This document shows, one piece after another, positions 63,265-64,000 of a stretch of DNA of 64,000 nt (positions are counted from its first letter, which is position 1; each line of letters begins with the position of its first letter). Under the pieces are notes generated by a model that had not been told where the DNA came from, searched no databases, and worked only from the letters and a program-made list of their open reading frames with translations. The position numbers and the translations under genes are program-made. Origin of the DNA: Octopus bimaculoides (lineage: Eukaryota); contig NC_068985.1 in NCBI RefSeq assembly GCF_001194135.2, positions 27,212,868 to 27,276,867 of the forward strand. Direction: 5' to 3'.

Positions 63265-64000
63265 TATTAGCTGAAGTAAAAAAAAAAAAAAAAGTTCGCT
63301 TCTATTTGGAAGACATTAAATATCTAATCTTAAACGTGAGGTTGCTTATAATTGCTGTACACACACACACAGGCACATGCATGCACTTGTACATAGATGC
63401 TTATAAGAAGCCTATTTATTTTTAGTTTAAAAAATAGCTATGGCGGATATGAGTAAATGACATATTAGATATCTGTAGAGTTAATTTCTCATTGATGTCA
63501 ATAAGCATCAGATAAAACAACTGACTAGATATGTCTATGTAGCTGTTAGAACATCAGAGATCAAGTATGTCTCATTGAAGCATTTCCTAATCAAATGTAA
63601 GTTTGAGTGGTTGACTTAAGCTAACATACATACACCCACTCAACTTAAAAAAAAACTGAACTATATATACTAAATCTGTCTGTCTGTCCGTCTCTCTATC
63701 TCTCTCACATGACAAATGCAGTGAAAGATTTCACGAATCAGTTAGTCTGCATTGATATGAATACACCCAAAGTGGAACTAAAAATGTTTTGGTCAAATAA
63801 AATACAATGAATTTGTTTCACTGGAGCACCAAATTGAAGGGTCTATTTGGTCATTTTGTGCTGAACAGCTGTTTTGGGGATGTAAATAAACCAATACTGA
63901 TTGTCATGCATTTGGGGTTGAAGGGAGTTCACACACACATATAAGGGCTCCTACGTAGTTTCCATCTGCTTACAGGCACTGGTTGGCCTAAAACCTTAGA

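Overview
AT-rich eukaryotic genomic DNA with a 10-N assembly gap at 34423-34432. There is no prokaryotic gene organisation and no CRISPR array. The repeat families match my recollection of Octopus repeats, so a cephalopod (Octopus) origin is an inference, not a database result. Most of the window is intron-like or intergenic. It carries many tRNA-derived SINEs of at least three families, decayed LINE remnants (RTE, Tx1/L1-like, CR1/Jockey-group), small DNA-transposon derivatives (piggyBac-like, mariner-like, a 380-bp foldback) and microsatellites. Two CpG-retaining, repeat-poor domains (about 8.6-11.2 kb and 30.2-36 kb) look like promoter regions. I could not name any host gene. Several short candidate exons have good splice signals, mostly on the minus strand: first coding exons near 32 kb, an internal exon at 17.7 kb and a terminal exon at 3.4 kb. 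A signal-peptide-like exon sits on the plus strand at 7.6 kb. All remain unverified. Most ORFs in the supplied track are microsatellite artefacts, LINE debris or chance. The best-supported oddities are a near-perfect 162-bp-arm foldback element, a SINE dimer enclosed by one target-site duplication, and a TAA-microsatellite insertion hotspot. I see no convincing evidence of a wholly new biological system.
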